Shown here: positions 9,101 through 17,392 of the stretch, piece after piece | Position numbering within the stretch: the first letter of the stretch is position 1 | Layout: each line of letters starts with the position of its first letter | Virus record (IMG/VR): IMGVR_UViG_3300043493_000033 | Span: 1-41,942 of that record | DNA: 41,942 bases | Direction: 5' to 3' (one strand) | Origin: a virus | Taxonomy: Duplodnaviria; Caudoviricetes | Notes under the pieces: generated by a model | Told to the model about the DNA's origin: nothing | The model's input: the letters and a program-made list of their open reading frames with translations, nothing else | Database searches by the model: none | Translations under genes and position numbers: made by a program

Positions 9101-9685
9101 GGGAATAAAGACAGTTCCGCCGTCCGTGGCGAGCGCCGGGTCATCAACGACCACGAACTGCTCGGCGTTCGGGCCGACGAAAATAACGGTCCCCGGCGAG
9201 GGCGAGGGGAGCGCCCGCATGTCGTCGATGCTATCCACGAACTGGACGCCGAACGTCACCGCGGCATTCAGCATCAGCACCGCACTGTCGGCGGAGGAAT
9301 AGATGCAGCTCGCGCGATGCCCGGCCGGGATGTCTCCGATTGCGAAGTCTACTGCGGCGCCGTTGACGAGTTTCTTGAAGGGTTTTACGCCCAGCCCGTT
9401 GATGTTGATCGTCGCCGCGCCGGTGACTGCCGTGTGTATCTTGGCAAGGAAGGCCATGTTGTCATCGTAGGCCGATGGCGTGCTCGGGAGCGACAGGACA
9501 TAGGCCGTGCCGGTGCCGGTAGTCGCAATGCTCCCACCCTGGTCGAGGAGGAGGTTGGCGATGTCCTTTAACTGCTCGCGCATAGAATTGTTGACGCTAG
9601 CTCTCGCCATTCCTTCGGCGATACTTATGCCCCCAACAGATAGATTGGACGCAGCCGTGGTCGAATAGTCCCTTACACCGCTCAA
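6104..9685 (-). CDS. Tail fibre / tailspike, 1193 aa
   Basis: N-terminal virion anchor (DYSTTAASN..INGLGVKP). Beta-rich body with a pectate-lyase-like entry (EWPNGVEMRGYGPG). TTG start with AAGGAG RBS. Confidence 0.75.
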   Translation of the reverse strand: MSGVRDYSTTAASNLSVGGISIAEGMARASVNNSMREQLKDIANLLLDQGGSIATTGTGTAYVLSLPSTPSAYDDNMAFLAKIHTAVTGAATININGLGVKPFKKLVNGAAVDFAIGDIPAGHRASCIYSSADSAVLMLNAAVTFGVQFVDSIDDMRALPSPSPGTVIFVGPNAEQFVVVDDPALATDGGTVFIPNSELSAVFSEAIPTTYFLGATGSNCTMEYDLAHTGIDFESVELVVSDPNVLFPTGEVINIWHLHGHVYNPGFVERADPTSAGYSPQLPNIDTGRGKFRDSMGIWTHDYGGAHPPLRTGGALLRYKYAVSGLRFKRVINGSVFQLRWWPVISVDEETPGVQTDNSGKICWCANAAALANAEAVLIDKMYHYNRVVEWPNGVEMRGYGPGVSGFRVVDNGQYKEILRTTSSDGGASDWATVGQTTDPLLKPSTRQWTYDSFFYSQATAFLPATGSVRTRVSGIEWDGNVENNMEIFTQRENKYAWKWANSSSQLFNTVSSSPMTMSNAGNRIIPPGHIWEIHNVKMHGYGHLILGNHNSTAIGTGTLELGNCTVNHWMYLVDGVFETIRCFGYVMGDALRCRLMVAKTIEIRAAPHPEAIFALSSLPVGEQTYVVRAQQYINLNEGAQTDDESHGAVYPSLTKTRLDIGDLFIDLTGLDDWPTAYAYEGSILCWIGADNVHIKAGKIRTGSKQPTQQTFMNTNTGSQSFGPFRNQVYENILIQYGNRAGFSLQSAGVSGDNGVSQLTYRNITVEPMAATHMTNDPSPSGIVIPLGSWRFAEYVPPEPTPPAYSIYDGRIFEFSATTAATLSGDWIDITPPDDGAPTYRVWFSYNGSPATVAGSNLVPVALVTADTPATTAAKFSAAIAGTNPVPGVMAAYVTAATFNTQSVVGSWSSYRGGTKNGFIATNITNATGVTTVLRSYRRNFNPAYISFERYIAPDPISIFLMTIVEVGPNKDITFSFKECVLGAWQFSNITLNTAGAFTAGGVAPVDLAKDQLHFMFTDTVFDMRDTGNNSWSNMDLTLYCGKFRGCRIRTPRVSTGITNMGPGYEQLVSEQGDVVTVPTTAGNTWIDIQTNLFWVPKPGGIRLYPVDAAAAVIWNTNMPSVEWRKSARPVGAAITVGTGAGGTSVALGGGGAYYQGPVAANEDRRAPVLRLNFASALAGGSIQIGWAAAVSS

Positions 9686-9724
9686 GGGGCTTCTCCTTTA
9701 GACAAATTGTGCTAAGGTGGCGGC

Positions 9725-10183
9725 ATGGCATGGCGCACGCCGCTCTTTAATGAACGCTATATCCCCGAGCCGAATTCAGGCTGTTGGCTTTGGGAAGGTC
9801 CTGTGGATGCTCATGGCTATGGGTTTCACCATAGCGACAGAGCGCACCGGTTTTCTTGGGGTCTGCATCGTGGCGATATCCCACCCGGCCTATGCGTGCT
9901 CCATAAATGTGATACGCCGTCCTGCGTAAATCCCGACCATCTGCTCCTTGGAACTCGCACCGACAATCACAGGGACATGGAGCAGAAACGACGCCACCGT
10001 GGGTGGGGAGATGGTCGTCCAATTCTCAACGGAAGCAACCATCCCCTAGCTAAGCTCACAGAGGTTGATGCGCTACGGATACGCGAGGACACCCGCAAAT
10101 CCAGTGTCATCGCCAGAGACTATGGCGTCAGCCGTCAGATCGTGTGGAAGATAAAGACGCGACAAGTCTGGACGCACCTCTAG
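9725..10183 (+). CDS. HNH homing endonuclease, counter-oriented
   Basis: GCWLWEG..GYG..AHRFSW..VLHKCDTPSCVNPDHL..GT..DN; C-terminal AKLTE..IR HTH. Confidence 0.9.
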   Translation: MAWRTPLFNERYIPEPNSGCWLWEGPVDAHGYGFHHSDRAHRFSWGLHRGDIPPGLCVLHKCDTPSCVNPDHLLLGTRTDNHRDMEQKRRHRGWGDGRPILNGSNHPLAKLTEVDALRIREDTRKSSVIARDYGVSRQIVWKIKTRQVWTHL

Positions 10184-12006
10184 CGCTGGCCGAACCGCTG
10201 GCCCACGCCCTGATTTATGTTCCCGCCGGCATTGCCGCCGTATCCGCCGCCCGTGTAGCTGCTGCCGCCGCCCCATCCTCCAGAGCCGCCCCAGCCGCCC
10301 ATGCCACCGCCGCCACTTAGGCTGCTGCCGCCACCACCGAAGATGCCGCCCATGCCTCTGCCTGCACTGCCGGCCAGGTCGGCAGCCCTCCCGAGGATGT
10401 TGCCGGCCTTATCGATGATGTTGCCGTTCTCGTCGACTGACGCCTTGCCGCTGCGCACCATCTGCACAATTTTTCCGATGCCTCGTCCCAGCGTCGCACC
10501 TGCAAGAGCTCCGGGTATACCGCTGACGAGTCCTCCCGCAGCCGCGCCTGCGTATGTGCCAAGGTTCGGGGCGTTCCTCCACTTCGGCGTTGTCGAAGCC
10601 TCTGGGGCAGGAGCGGCGGGCGCCTGACGAGCCGCCCCTTTGCCGCGCGGCGCTGTCGTCGGCGTTATGGCAGATGGCGGAGCAGTGCCGGAAAGAGCCA
10701 GCGCTTGGTCGAGGCCGACCGATTGCACGTTTACCGGAGGCATGGATGCAATCATGGTTGGCGTGCCAGCCGGGGGGGCCACAGGAACTTCCGGCGCTGG
10801 CGGGAGCCCTCGGGTGGTGGTGCCGAGCGGCGCCTCGACGGGCTTGGCGGAAATCCCTGTGCCCGCCCCTGGAGGCAACGGCCCCAATACATCTGCCGTG
10901 CGCTCGGCAACGGACGCCCTTGGCATCCCTGCAAATGGCATGTTCGTCGAGCCGAGCGGCAGCTTGGGTGCCCCTACGCCTGCCGCGAGATCGAGCGGCT
11001 GCCTCTGCAGCGGGTTGGGCATTGTCGAGGTGGGCGTCGTCTCGATCGGCTGAAGCGACTTTGGCGGCGGAACAGACGGCAGGGCTGCCATCTGCCGCAC
11101 TTGGTCCCGCGCGGCCTCCAATTGCTGCGGGGTAGGCCCGCCCGCCATGGGTGGCGGCGCACCACCAGTAAACGCTCCACCCGGAAGCTGCGATCTGTCG
11201 CCGAACCTTGACGCTAGCGGGGACGGTGGCCCCATCATCCCGGCGATTGGCGAAGGCGGTCTGGGCTGCCCGCCGCTGAACGCTCCAGAGGCAAGCTGCG
11301 AATTGTCGCCAAAGCGCGAGGCTAGCGGCGATGGCGGCCCCATCGTCTCGCTGCCCGGCATGGTGCTCGGTAGTGGAGTTCTCCCGACGATCGGCGACGG
11401 CGGACCCATGCCCGCCATTGGCGGCGGAGGGCCTGCCCCGGTAAGCGGTGATGGCCCTCCAGCCTGCGCAAGAGGTGACGGCGGCCCTGCCCCTGCCATA
11501 GGCGGCGGGGGGGCGCCTGGCGTCAATTGCTGTAACGGGGCGAGCGCATTGGCATCCAGCCTTCGACGAGTGAGCCCTGAAAACGATGACCCGGTAGCCC
11601 TTTCCCTCTCGGGTGCTTGGGCAAAGCCGGGATAGAGCGACGAGGCCGGCTGCATTGCGCCGGCAGCGACTGCCGGATTTGCCATGAAGGGTGCGTCTGG
11701 CGCCAGTCCTGACGCTGGTGGCGGCATATTCTGACGCGCCAGATACGGATCGTCGGTCGCAGTAAATCCGGGAGGCATGTCCGGGCGCGCACGCGGCATG
11801 TTTCGGTCGCCAAACGCGCTTGGTGTCGTGTCCGGCATGGCGGGCAGCGTCCAGCCCTTGGGCGCTCCCATGCTGATGTCCAGGCCCACAGTCTGGAACT
11901 TCGGCGCGAACTCCTTGTAGAGGCTCGGATCGCGGGTGACAGCCTCACGGAAAAGCCTCGCGGCTCGCATCCGCGCGTCTTCATAGGCCATCGAAGTGCC
12001 TTTCAA
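10180..12006 (-). CDS. Pro/Gly-rich low-complexity virion-operon protein (putative ejection protein)
   Basis: Long ORF with GPPSPL repeats and a Gly-rich C-terminus. The true start may be MAYEDAR, 15 nt downstream. Confidence 0.6.
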   Translation of the reverse strand: MKGTSMAYEDARMRAARLFREAVTRDPSLYKEFAPKFQTVGLDISMGAPKGWTLPAMPDTTPSAFGDRNMPRARPDMPPGFTATDDPYLARQNMPPPASGLAPDAPFMANPAVAAGAMQPASSLYPGFAQAPERERATGSSFSGLTRRRLDANALAPLQQLTPGAPPPPMAGAGPPSPLAQAGGPSPLTGAGPPPPMAGMGPPSPIVGRTPLPSTMPGSETMGPPSPLASRFGDNSQLASGAFSGGQPRPPSPIAGMMGPPSPLASRFGDRSQLPGGAFTGGAPPPMAGGPTPQQLEAARDQVRQMAALPSVPPPKSLQPIETTPTSTMPNPLQRQPLDLAAGVGAPKLPLGSTNMPFAGMPRASVAERTADVLGPLPPGAGTGISAKPVEAPLGTTTRGLPPAPEVPVAPPAGTPTMIASMPPVNVQSVGLDQALALSGTAPPSAITPTTAPRGKGAARQAPAAPAPEASTTPKWRNAPNLGTYAGAAAGGLVSGIPGALAGATLGRGIGKIVQMVRSGKASVDENGNIIDKAGNILGRAADLAGSAGRGMGGIFGGGGSSLSGGGGMGGWGGSGGWGGGSSYTGGGYGGNAGGNINQGVGQRFGQR

Positions 12007-12050
12007 AAAATGTCGGGAAGGGAAGAACGGCCACAGGCGCGGGCGGCCAG

Positions 12051-13661
12051 CTATCGAATAAGAGGGCCGCCCATGAAGCGTTTGCGCTCGTTGGCGTTGA
12101 GGTAGACTGTTAGGGGCGACGGCCCCCCAGCCGCCAACGCCCGTAACGCCGCCGCCCTTGCCTCGGCCGTCAGTGGCGCAGAGGGTGACAGTGCCAGCCG
12201 CTGGTCAAAGAGCGGGGAGCGTTTACGGACTGTCTCGTCCAGCTTGCGCATTGCGCTGCGAGCAAGAGCGTTTTCCGCCACCTTGGTACCAACTCCCACC
12301 ACTGGCAGCGCAAGAGCCCCCGGCATTCCGTAATAAGCTCCTGCAACACCGCCGGTAAGCAGTGCTCCCAAGCCGCCACCACCGCCGAGAAGGTTGGCTA
12401 CCTTGCGGGAAAAGTTGCGGGTTTTCGAGCCCTTGACGAAGCCTATAAGCTCGTCTTGCTCCGCTTTAGAAAAACCCTTGATCCGTCCTTTGTCGATGTC
12501 GATGAGGAGATCGGTAACGCGATTTCGTAGGTTGTTGTCGATATTTGCGCCGGAGTTTGATGCCCAGGCTCGCCATTGGGCATACTTCTGCTTTCCGGCA
12601 ACTTCCTTTGATCGTTCCATTGCGGCCCAGTTGGCTCGGGCTTCTTTCTGGATGGCTCCAGCCTGTCGGGCTCGATCTTCCGCGATTTGCTGCGCCTGCT
12701 GTGCAAAGCCTCCTCGGCCACCGCCTGGCGTGTTGCCCAATACTCCGCTTCCAGCGCTTTGCTCTGCTCTTTGGAAATCAGCGGATCCAGCCACAACCCC
12801 CGCCGCAGGAGGCTCTTCAGCGAACTGATCAATTGCGGCAATGACGCGCCGCGCTGCCTCTCTGTCCTGGTTGTAGTAGGGGCCTTTGGGTATCCTGCGG
12901 AGTGCCTTTCGCGCTGTCTCAAGGTCGTCAAGCTGGACGATGGATCTTTCGCCCGGACCTGTCTTTGGGATGCGTTGGAGATCGCGGAGGACGTTGAGCG
13001 TATTGGGGGCGTTTTTGATCCTGAAGCCATCGCGATCCAAGGCAGCTTGAGTTTGTGCGGCTAGGTTGGCAACGAAGCTGGGATTGTAGTCTACCCCCAT
13101 ACCTCGGGCGCGATCATAGCCGGCATCCCCGACCTGATACAATTCCTCCCTTGTCGGTATTTTAGGCGCTGCCTTGCGCAGCGGGGCTCGCATCATTCCC
13201 GGTATCGCCAAATCGCCCGCCCGGAAAGCCGGGTTGACCGGCAAGGCCGCCGCACCGATCGTCTTTGCTGCGCTTTCCACTTGCGGGTTGGTGACGCCCT
13301 GTCCGGTGTCGGGCACCATTGCTGGAACGTCGCCCCGCAAGACACCGCCAACTGTCTCGGTCGCTCCGTAGAGGTCTTGCAGCGCGGGCGGGATGAAGCT
13401 CACGTCGCCAAGGCGGTTACGGCTCGTGAACAGGCCGCGCCTTGGCTCCACGATCTTGTCCACCTGGCGGACCGGTTGAGCGGCCTCGAAGGCTCCCGAG
13501 ATGCGATCAGGTGCAGGCGCATGGAGAGGCGCACCACGGATTGCTTCAGGCGTTGTCCCTTCCTCTGCGAGGTATCGGTCTATGTCAGCCTTGGGCGCGC
13601 CGAGGTCGATCATCTTGGAAATATTGCGCTTGATGCGCGGAAGATCGAGCGGGTCAGCCAT
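12051..13661 (-). CDS. Putative internal virion/ejection protein, 536 aa
   Basis: Helical Ala/Arg-rich ORF in the ejection-protein cluster, with a hydrophobic Gly-rich segment near the C-terminus. Confidence 0.6.
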   Translation of the reverse strand: MADPLDLPRIKRNISKMIDLGAPKADIDRYLAEEGTTPEAIRGAPLHAPAPDRISGAFEAAQPVRQVDKIVEPRRGLFTSRNRLGDVSFIPPALQDLYGATETVGGVLRGDVPAMVPDTGQGVTNPQVESAAKTIGAAALPVNPAFRAGDLAIPGMMRAPLRKAAPKIPTREELYQVGDAGYDRARGMGVDYNPSFVANLAAQTQAALDRDGFRIKNAPNTLNVLRDLQRIPKTGPGERSIVQLDDLETARKALRRIPKGPYYNQDREAARRVIAAIDQFAEEPPAAGVVAGSADFQRAEQSAGSGVLGNTPGGGRGGFAQQAQQIAEDRARQAGAIQKEARANWAAMERSKEVAGKQKYAQWRAWASNSGANIDNNLRNRVTDLLIDIDKGRIKGFSKAEQDELIGFVKGSKTRNFSRKVANLLGGGGGLGALLTGGVAGAYYGMPGALALPVVGVGTKVAENALARSAMRKLDETVRKRSPLFDQRLALSPSAPLTAEARAAALRALAAGGPSPLTVYLNANERKRFMGGPLIR

Positions 13662-13663
13662 GG

Positions 13664-14584
13664 CTATTCGAGCCCATATTGCTTTTTGAGATCGGCACCG
13701 CTCGATTGCGGTTCATCCGCGCCGCCCCGCCCGCGCAAAACCATTTCCTTGGTTTTCTTCAACTCCATCGTCAATTGATCGAGCTTTGAAGCGGCAGAGG
13801 CTGCATCGTCAGTGTAGGACGGGAGATAGCGCATCTCATATTCAGCCTGCTCAGCAATTGGCAGTCCGGCTCCACTCAACATGCGTTTTAACGCATCGAC
13901 GCCGGACAATATCTTGCGGCGCACTTCAGCCTGTGTCGAAGAACTGTTCCATCCCGCCTGCGTGCGATCCACTAGGCCGGTAGCCTCTCCGCCAACGATC
14001 TTCGTCCGTATGGCTGGAGCCTCGCCCAGAAAACTATCTGCCAAGCCGATGCGCCCTGCCAAATCTCCCGACAATTGCTCCGCCGGACCGCCGGGAATGG
14101 GCTCAACACCCGCATCTGGGTTGTTCGGATCGGCTGGCCTATAGCCAGTCGGGACTTTATAGTCGCCGGCAAAGACCTGAACGCCCGCGCTCGGTGGCGA
14201 CATCTGGTCCGCAATTACCTTGCTCAGCGTCGGCGGAGACGCCAGCAGGTAAGCTCTCTCTGCTGGAGATGCCTTGGCAAGAAGGCCAGTGCCGCTTGTG
14301 TCGTCCATCAGCCCCTGGATAGCTTCATTGAGCTTCCGCCGATCGGCATCCTCCGTATCCAGCGCCGAGCCCGCCACCAGTCCCTTCATCGCATCCCGCG
14401 GCCCGCCGCCGAGCATGCCGAGCCCGGCCAGCATCAGCCGGTTGGAGTAGGGATGCAGCGCCTGGCCGCCCGCCCGGAAGCCGCGTCGCAGGCCGCCGAA
14501 CATGCCCTGCGCAGTGCCGAGCAGATTGTTGCCAGCGAACAGCGGCTGCGGCTGGGCGCGAGGGTCGAAGTCCGTGTTTGCCAT
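13664..14584 (-). CDS. Putative internal virion/ejection protein, 306 aa
   Basis: Position in the cluster, LMLAGLGMLGG segment, P.GYR...VEPIPGGPA motif. Confidence 0.6.
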   Translation of the reverse strand: MANTDFDPRAQPQPLFAGNNLLGTAQGMFGGLRRGFRAGGQALHPYSNRLMLAGLGMLGGGPRDAMKGLVAGSALDTEDADRRKLNEAIQGLMDDTSGTGLLAKASPAERAYLLASPPTLSKVIADQMSPPSAGVQVFAGDYKVPTGYRPADPNNPDAGVEPIPGGPAEQLSGDLAGRIGLADSFLGEAPAIRTKIVGGEATGLVDRTQAGWNSSSTQAEVRRKILSGVDALKRMLSGAGLPIAEQAEYEMRYLPSYTDDAASAASKLDQLTMELKKTKEMVLRGRGGADEPQSSGADLKKQYGLE

Positions 14585-14601
14585 CGTTGACTTGCCTCAG
14601 A

Positions 14602-17079
14602 CTAAGCGGTGGGACCAGGAATAGCGCCCCATATTCCGGCGGCGGTTGATGCGGCGCCGAGAGCATCCTGCCACCAGGGACGTTGCTCTGTTGTCTTTGA
14701 TGTGCCGCTTGCGCCTGGGACACCGCCGATCAGGCCCTGGTATCGGGCAAGCTGATCCCAGCCGAATTGCCGCTGCTGCTGCAGCATCGCCTCACGCGCC
14801 GCGCCCACCTGCGCCTGCCGCTGCGCATCGTCGTAGCGCAGCCCCTGCATGGCGGGAGCCATGCCGGCCGCCGTCATGCGGTTCTGCAGATCCTGCGCGC
14901 TGACGCCGGTCAGGCCCTGCGCTGCCCCGAGCTGATTCTGCCAGTTTTGCCCTTGCGCTCCGGTCAACCCCTGCGCCGCAGCCATACGCTGCTGATTGGC
15001 CATCTGCTGGGCGGCGTTCATTTGCCCGAGCGCCCCAAGCTGCGACTGGTAATTGGTACCCTGAATGCCCGATAGCCCTTGGATCTGCGCCAGTCGCTGC
15101 TGTGCATTCTGGCTCTGCAGGCCGGTAATGCCCTGCGCGGCCGCGAGTTGGTTTTGACGGTTTTGCGCAGCGGCCCCGTATGCCCCCTGCGCGGCGCCGA
15201 GCTGCAATTGCCCGCCCTGCGCCTGCGCCCCGGTAAGACCCTGCAGGGCCGCCAGGCGGTTCTGGTAGTCAGTGCTGCCGACATTCATCAGCGACTGTGC
15301 CGCGCCCATCCGGTTGGCGATGTTTGTCCCCTGCGCTCCGGCGAGCGCATTCGTTGCGGCTAGTTGGTTCTGCAGGTTCCCCTGCTGCACTCCGGCATAA
15401 CCGCCCGCGGCGCCGAGCAGGCCCTGGTATCGCTGCCCGAGCGCCCCGGCTATTCCGCCGGCCGCCGACAGGCCAACGCCCTGTCGCGCCAAGTCCTCGC
15501 CGCTACGGGCCTGTGCCGCCTGCATCATATTTGCGGTATCGGTGTCGTAGCCCTGCATGCGGGCCTGCGTGGCGACCTGCCCGAGCGCCTTGCCCATCGC
15601 ATCGCCATAGGCGTCCGAGCCGTAGCGTCCGCGTGAAGACATCGTCGCCTTCACCTGGTCGCTGGTCTGATCCATGGCGTCCTGGATGGCCTGCTCGCGG
15701 TAGGGATTGGCATTAACGAGGTCGCCACCGGCCATCTGTCCGAACATGCCGCCGGCAAGACTTCCCGGTCCCTGCGAGCCCTGCAGGAGCGGCTGGTAGT
15801 TCTCGGCTCCAAAAGCGTTGTTATTGTTGTTGTAGAGGTTGGCGTACATGTCGGTGGACGCCTGAAATTTAGGGCTGCGCAGGCCCTCATACATCGCCGT
15901 ATCGACGCCCGGCCCGCCGTAGATGCTCGCCATGCGACTGGCGTCCGTGCCCGGCGCTCCGATAAGCTGGTTATAGCCGCCCTGGCTGATGCCATTGTTG
16001 GCGTAAAGCTGATTGAACTGGCTTGGATCGAGTTGGTTGGCGGCAAAGCTCCGGTAGTCACCTTCGTTGCCGATCGCGTTCTGCCCGATCATCTGGCTGT
16101 ATTGGTCAGCGTTCCCGATGGCATTCTGCCCGGCCATCCTGCCATACTGATCAATGCCGCCGATGCCCGGCGTGTTGTACATGTCCTGGTATTGCTGCAG
16201 GTTCTGGATGCCGGGCTGGTCATAGAGGCCCTGGAACATGCCGCCGGTGCCGATGCCGGCCTGCCCGGAGGCGATGTCCTGCGTGGCCCCGGTGGCGGCG
16301 TCCACCATCGGGTTGGCGCCCGTGGCGAGCGCCTGCATGCGCTGCAGGGCGGCCTCGCTCTGCGGATCAAAGCCGGTCGGCCCGAGCTGCTGCTGCTTGT
16401 AGAGCTCGCCCATTGCCCCGGTCGTGGCGAGCCCTGCGTTCGAGACTTCCTCGGGTTTGCCATCGACTATCCTGCCGGTATATCCCGACATGAGCCGCCT
16501 TAGTTGCTCGCCCTGCGGCCCCCACGGAGAGAATGTCTGTGATTGGCTGCCACTGAAATTAAATGCGCCGCCAGCAGCGGCGGCGGGAGAGACAACATCG
16601 CCACTTGCCGTGGCGTCTCCTGCGCCCTCCTGTGTTGCCGCCATTGTCTGCGGCGCGGCCATCGTCTGCTGCTGCGGCATGCCGTAGGACGCCTGCGGCC
16701 CATACTGCGACGGCATTCCATAGGGACTATAGCCGCCACCATACCCGCCATAGCCCTGCGGCATGCCATAGGGGCTGTAGCCGCCTCCGTATCCGCCATA
16801 GGGAGACTGCATTCCATAGCCGCCGCCATAGCCTCCAGGAGGCCCGTAGGGCGATTGCATGCCGTAGCCGCCCCCGTATGGCATCCCACCGCCAAAACCG
16901 CCGTAGCCGCCTCCATAGGGCGAGGACATGCCCCCGTAGCCGCCACCATACCCGCCATAGCCCTGCTGCGGGGGCATGCCGTAGGACATCCCACCTCCCC
17001 CACCCCACATGCCGCCGCCGAACATGCCTCCGGCACCTCCGGAAGATGCTCCTCCGAAGGGATTGTCGCTTGTTGCCAT
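14602..17079 (-). CDS. Putative ejection/pilot protein with GYG low-complexity N-terminus and 15- and 18-residue repeats, 825 aa
   Basis: Start moved to ATG 17079 (GGAG RBS). SQSQTFSPW motif, NPY...GRYGS motif, Q/G/A-rich repeats. Confidence 0.7.
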   Translation of the reverse strand: MATSDNPFGGASSGGAGGMFGGGMWGGGGGMSYGMPPQQGYGGYGGGYGGMSSPYGGGYGGFGGGMPYGGGYGMQSPYGPPGGYGGGYGMQSPYGGYGGGYSPYGMPQGYGGYGGGYSPYGMPSQYGPQASYGMPQQQTMAAPQTMAATQEGAGDATASGDVVSPAAAAGGAFNFSGSQSQTFSPWGPQGEQLRRLMSGYTGRIVDGKPEEVSNAGLATTGAMGELYKQQQLGPTGFDPQSEAALQRMQALATGANPMVDAATGATQDIASGQAGIGTGGMFQGLYDQPGIQNLQQYQDMYNTPGIGGIDQYGRMAGQNAIGNADQYSQMIGQNAIGNEGDYRSFAANQLDPSQFNQLYANNGISQGGYNQLIGAPGTDASRMASIYGGPGVDTAMYEGLRSPKFQASTDMYANLYNNNNNAFGAENYQPLLQGSQGPGSLAGGMFGQMAGGDLVNANPYREQAIQDAMDQTSDQVKATMSSRGRYGSDAYGDAMGKALGQVATQARMQGYDTDTANMMQAAQARSGEDLARQGVGLSAAGGIAGALGQRYQGLLGAAGGYAGVQQGNLQNQLAATNALAGAQGTNIANRMGAAQSLMNVGSTDYQNRLAALQGLTGAQAQGGQLQLGAAQGAYGAAAQNRQNQLAAAQGITGLQSQNAQQRLAQIQGLSGIQGTNYQSQLGALGQMNAAQQMANQQRMAAAQGLTGAQGQNWQNQLGAAQGLTGVSAQDLQNRMTAAGMAPAMQGLRYDDAQRQAQVGAAREAMLQQQRQFGWDQLARYQGLIGGVPGASGTSKTTEQRPWWQDALGAASTAAGIWGAIPGPTA

Positions 17080-17083
17080 GGTG

Positions 17084-17392
17084 TCAGTCTCCAGCCGCCA
17101 GCCAGCGGAAGATTCTGTCCGTCGTTCCGGCGTTGGCGTGGGTAATGGTGAAAGAGCCCAGCAGCCGATCGGCAGCGAGCACATACATCGTGCCGGCAGC
17201 GAGCTCCGCCGCCGCACTGGCGGTCAGCGGATCGAAGATAAATACCGTATCCGGTGTCACGGTCGGATCTGTCACGACAGTTGTCGTCGCTCCCGCCGTC
17301 AGCGTCACGATATCGTCCCTATCCCGCGTCAGCAGAAACAGCGCCTCGGCGTGTTCCCTGATATCGCGAGAGCGCGCGTCGACTTGCTTCAC
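17084..17392 (-). CDS. Small tail-associated protein
   Basis: GTG start overlaps the upstream stop (GTGA). VTLTAGATTTVV...GSFTITHAN beta-rich pattern. Confidence 0.65.
   Translation of the reverse strand: MKQVDARSRDIREHAEALFLLTRDRDDIVTLTAGATTTVVTDPTVTPDTVFIFDPLTASAAAELAAGTMYVLAADRLLGSFTITHANAGTTDRIFRWLAAGD

Noticed and set aside
16700-17000. CRISPR array or non-coding tandem repeat
   Set aside because: The repeats are in-frame codon repeats of GYGG/SPYG with no constant repeat-spacer structure.
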